DNA of 63,057 nucleotides, counting the filler, from an uncultured bacterium (lineage in GTDB: Bacteria > CAYJOG01): the NCBI GenBank assembly GCA_964371695.1. It is 26 parts of 26 records of this genome, joined end to end, with 100 filler letters (N's around TTAATTAATTAA, not from the genome) between each part and the next. Parts side by side here need not be neighbours in the genome. Positions count along the whole stretch, not along the records: positions 58,478 to 60,723 come from CAYJOG010000538.1; positions 60,824 to 63,057 come from CAYJOG010000539.1; 24 more parts are not named here. The stretch is one strand, 5' to 3'. Both the position numbers and the translations under genes were made by a program. Below the pieces are notes generated by a model. It searched no databases. It saw only the letters and a list, made by a program, of their open reading frames with translations, and had not been told where the DNA came from. This document shows positions 60,577-63,057 of this stretch, piece by piece. The stretch's first letter is position 1, and each line of letters starts with the position of its first letter.

Positions 60577-60602
60577 GACGCCGCAGGAATTACTTTTATA
60601 AT
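60575..60602 (+). promoter_or_regulatory. sigma-70 promoter of the tRNA
   Basis: TTGACG-N16-TATAAT, 11 nt before the tRNA. Confidence 0.8.
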
Positions 60603-60613
60603 GACAGACGTAT

Positions 60614-60688
<75 letters not shown>

Positions 60689-60692
60689 AAAG

Positions 60693-60723
60693 AAACGGGG
60701 GCCTTGTGGCCCCCGTTTTGCTT
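60693..60723 (+). terminator. intrinsic terminator after the tRNA
   Basis: aaacgggggcc-ttgt-ggcccccgttttgctt. Confidence 0.85.
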
Positions 60724-60864
60724 NNNNNNNNNNNNNNNNNNNNNNNNNNNNNNNNNNNNNNNNNNNNTTAATTAATTAANNNNNNNNNNNNNNNNNNNNN
60801 NNNNNNNNNNNNNNNNNNNNNNNGGCAACGCCCCCGCGAAAACAACACAAAACCTGAAACTGGC

Positions 60865-61758
60865 TTATGAAAAAGCCCTGAGCGCCGCCGGGCCCATGGG
60901 TTTCTGTACAAAGTTAGGAAGCGCGAACGCCCCCTGATGCAGGTGCGGGTTGTAATAAAAACTTTCCGCCGCGATGGCCCTGGCCCGTTTTTTGTCCAGA
61001 TTTTTGAGTGGATGGTGTTTTTTGCTGGCCAGCGCAAAGGTCCAGAAACCTGAAACGTAGGTGGGGATAAACGCCCCGTAGCCGAACACCTGACCAGGGA
61101 AAACTTTTTCCAGATTGTGATAAACCATGGCCATGGGTTTGTGGAAATACCACGCGTCTTCGCTCTGCATGGCCAGAATGCCGTCCGGCGCGAGCGCCCG
61201 GTGAATGTCCTTGAAAAACTTCACCGAGGCCAGGCCCTCGGCCATGCCGAAAAAGTCGGTGCTGTCGATGAGAATGATGTCGTAGGGTTTTTTGGTTTTT
61301 TTGACCCAGGCGATGCCGTCTTTGTAATGCACCGACACACGGGGGTCGTCCAGCCCCGTGGTGAGTTTGGGGAAGAACTGGCGCGACAGCCGCACCACCG
61401 CTTCGTCAATCTCCACCAGGTCCACTTCCTGCACCGAGGGGTGGCGCAGAATTTCGCGCACCGTGCCGCCGTCGCCGCCGCCCACCACCAGGGCCCGGCG
61501 GGGATTGGGATGGGTTAAAAACGCCACGTGGGTGAGCATTTCGTGATAAACGAACTCATCCTTGTCCGTCACCATCACGCAGCCGTCCAGGGACATCATG
61601 CGGCCAAAATCCACCGTCTCCAGAATATGGACTTCCTGAAACGGGGATTTTTCGTGATGCAGTGTGGCGGTCACTTTGAGCGCCTTGGCGGCCCCGGGGG
61701 AATAGTTTTCCCGGAACCAGAGGTCAAAGCCGTTTTCTGCCGGTGGGGTTGAAGACAT
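60865..61758 (-). CDS. speE: spermidine synthase
   Basis: LDG...DEFVYHEML.H, VVGGGDGG, VEID, IILIDSTD; AGGAGG SD. Confidence 0.96.
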   Translation of the reverse strand: MSSTPPAENGFDLWFRENYSPGAAKALKVTATLHHEKSPFQEVHILETVDFGRMMSLDGCVMVTDKDEFVYHEMLTHVAFLTHPNPRRALVVGGGDGGTVREILRHPSVQEVDLVEIDEAVVRLSRQFFPKLTTGLDDPRVSVHYKDGIAWVKKTKKPYDIILIDSTDFFGMAEGLASVKFFKDIHRALAPDGILAMQSEDAWYFHKPMAMVYHNLEKVFPGQVFGYGAFIPTYVSGFWTFALASKKHHPLKNLDKKRARAIAAESFYYNPHLHQGAFALPNFVQKPMGPAALRAFS

Positions 61759-61891
61759 GGGAAACCTCCTGTGCCGAATAAAGACGGAAAAGCCCTCGCC
61801 GGTTCAGCACCGGCGAGGCGAAAACGCGTTGGAATTCAGGCGGTCAGGCCGCCTGGGGTGATCGCTGGGCCTCCCGACCCAGCGTGCTCAG

Positions 61892-62269
61892 TCAGCCCGG
61901 CACCAGGGGCAATGCCACCTGCGGCAGATACCCTCTGAAAAACTCTTTTTGCTCCACCCGTTTGCTGCTGAAGCCGTTTTTAAGGTGCTCAAAAGCGGTC
62001 CAGCCATCAATGCTGTCGCCGCAGGTGAACAGGTCCACGGCGGCGTAGCCGTATTCCGGCCAAGTGTGAATGGCGAGATGACTCTCGGCGATCACCACAA
62101 CCCCCGACACGCCGTAGGGACTGAACTGGTGAAAACAGTGGTTGACAATGGTTGCTCCGCTTAACGTGGCGGCGTCCAACATCAACTGTTCCACGGTGTC
62201 GGCTTTGCCTATCGACAAAGCATCACAGTCGTAAAACTCGCATAAAATATGGTGGCCTAAAGCATTCAT
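61892..62269 (-). CDS. speD: S-adenosylmethionine decarboxylase proenzyme
   Basis: GVSGVVVIAE|SHLAIHTWPEYGYAAVDLFTCG. Confidence 0.96.
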   Translation of the reverse strand: MNALGHHILCEFYDCDALSIGKADTVEQLMLDAATLSGATIVNHCFHQFSPYGVSGVVVIAESHLAIHTWPEYGYAAVDLFTCGDSIDGWTAFEHLKNGFSSKRVEQKEFFRGYLPQVALPLVPG

Positions 62270-62375
62270 CTCGCACACCCCCTTTCCGGAGTAGACGGTG
62301 CATTTTAGGGATGCGCGACCTTAATGCAAGCTTAATATTTGCGTAATTTTTCGCGTCTTAACAATTGGCCGAGGC

Positions 62376-63010
62376 CTAGGCCCTGCCCATGGCCACTTCG
62401 CCGTCTTTTTCAAAAAAGGTCACCGAGTTTTCATCGCGTTTGATCACCTTCACCAGATTGCTCTGGGTGATGATTTTCACGCCTGGATAAACCATGCCCT
62501 TCACCACAATGCGGCCTTTTTTCAGAAGCTGGGCGCTGTCTTCGAGCCGCTTGCGGACATCATCCTTCTGGCGGATTTCGGTGCGAATGGTGAGCACCTG
62601 ACGCACCAGACTCACCAGTTTCTTGCGCTGATCCGGATTCAGCTCGCCCTGTTCATCCAGCTTTTTGAGGGCAAGCTGCTCCCGCTCCAGCGAGCGCACC
62701 TGTTCGCGCATGCGTCGGGTGGTTTCTTCCAGCTCTTCCATCTGGGTGCGCAGGTTGGGGTTCACCCCCACTTGAATGGTGGTTTCGGCAAATGCGGGGG
62801 TGCCCAGGTTGGGGGTCACCAGTTCGTTGCCCACGCGGGTGAGGCCGCCCTGAATGCTGCCGCGCTGGTTGGTGATTTCCAGGCGGTCGCCCACGTTCAC
62901 GGTGCTGTTGCGAATTGTCTGCTCCACCACCAGTCGGCCATCCACCGACACCTCGGCGTGTTCGATGGAACGCACCACCATGTTGCCCCGCACCCGCACC
63001 AAGCCCGTGG
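62376..63010 (-). CDS. FapA / DUF342 family protein, C-terminal fragment
   Basis: Beta-solenoid segment, G.I.GG, LGTPAFAETTIQVGVNP, coiled coil, I.VKG.VYPGVKI. Confidence 0.82.
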
Positions 63011-63057
63011 TGGCAGATGTGTCGTGTTATGGTCTTTTTGGCTAAAACCCCCCCCCG

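Overview
This window is not one locus. It is 26 short contigs (about 2.44 kb falling steadily to about 2.23 kb, so size-sorted) from a GC-rich bacterial draft/MAG, joined by artificial 100-nt linkers (44 N + TTAATTAATTAA + 44 N). Gene neighbourhoods are only meaningful within a contig, and many genes are truncated. Coding content is mostly housekeeping and envelope: hisD, rpoN, fbp, secA, secG, amtB, murC, DAHP synthase, rex, yajQ, nuoEF, mltG, a Rel/SpoT fragment, rmlA, pilT, an MCP, speDE, a FapA-like fragment, tRNA-fMet, glycosylation enzymes and secreted repeat proteins. Four signals stand out. (1) An SbcD/Mre11-like protein with four of five metallophosphoesterase motifs degenerate is coupled to an SbcC/Rad50-like ATPase. 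(2) There is a dense, modular family of structured intergenic repeats with compensatory base changes. They carry CsrA-type ANGGAN hairpin loops, coincide with stop codons, cover a pilin start site and sit in-frame inside a membrane enzyme, and one type flanks a DUF559 nuclease fragment. (3) Many genes show a leaderless-mRNA signature (TANNNT 6-7 nt before the start codon, no Shine-Dalgarno). (4) A sigma-54 carries a Cys4 insert, and a TPR protein has a degenerate DUF4062/TIR-like domain. All family assignments come from motif recognition by eye; no database searches were run.
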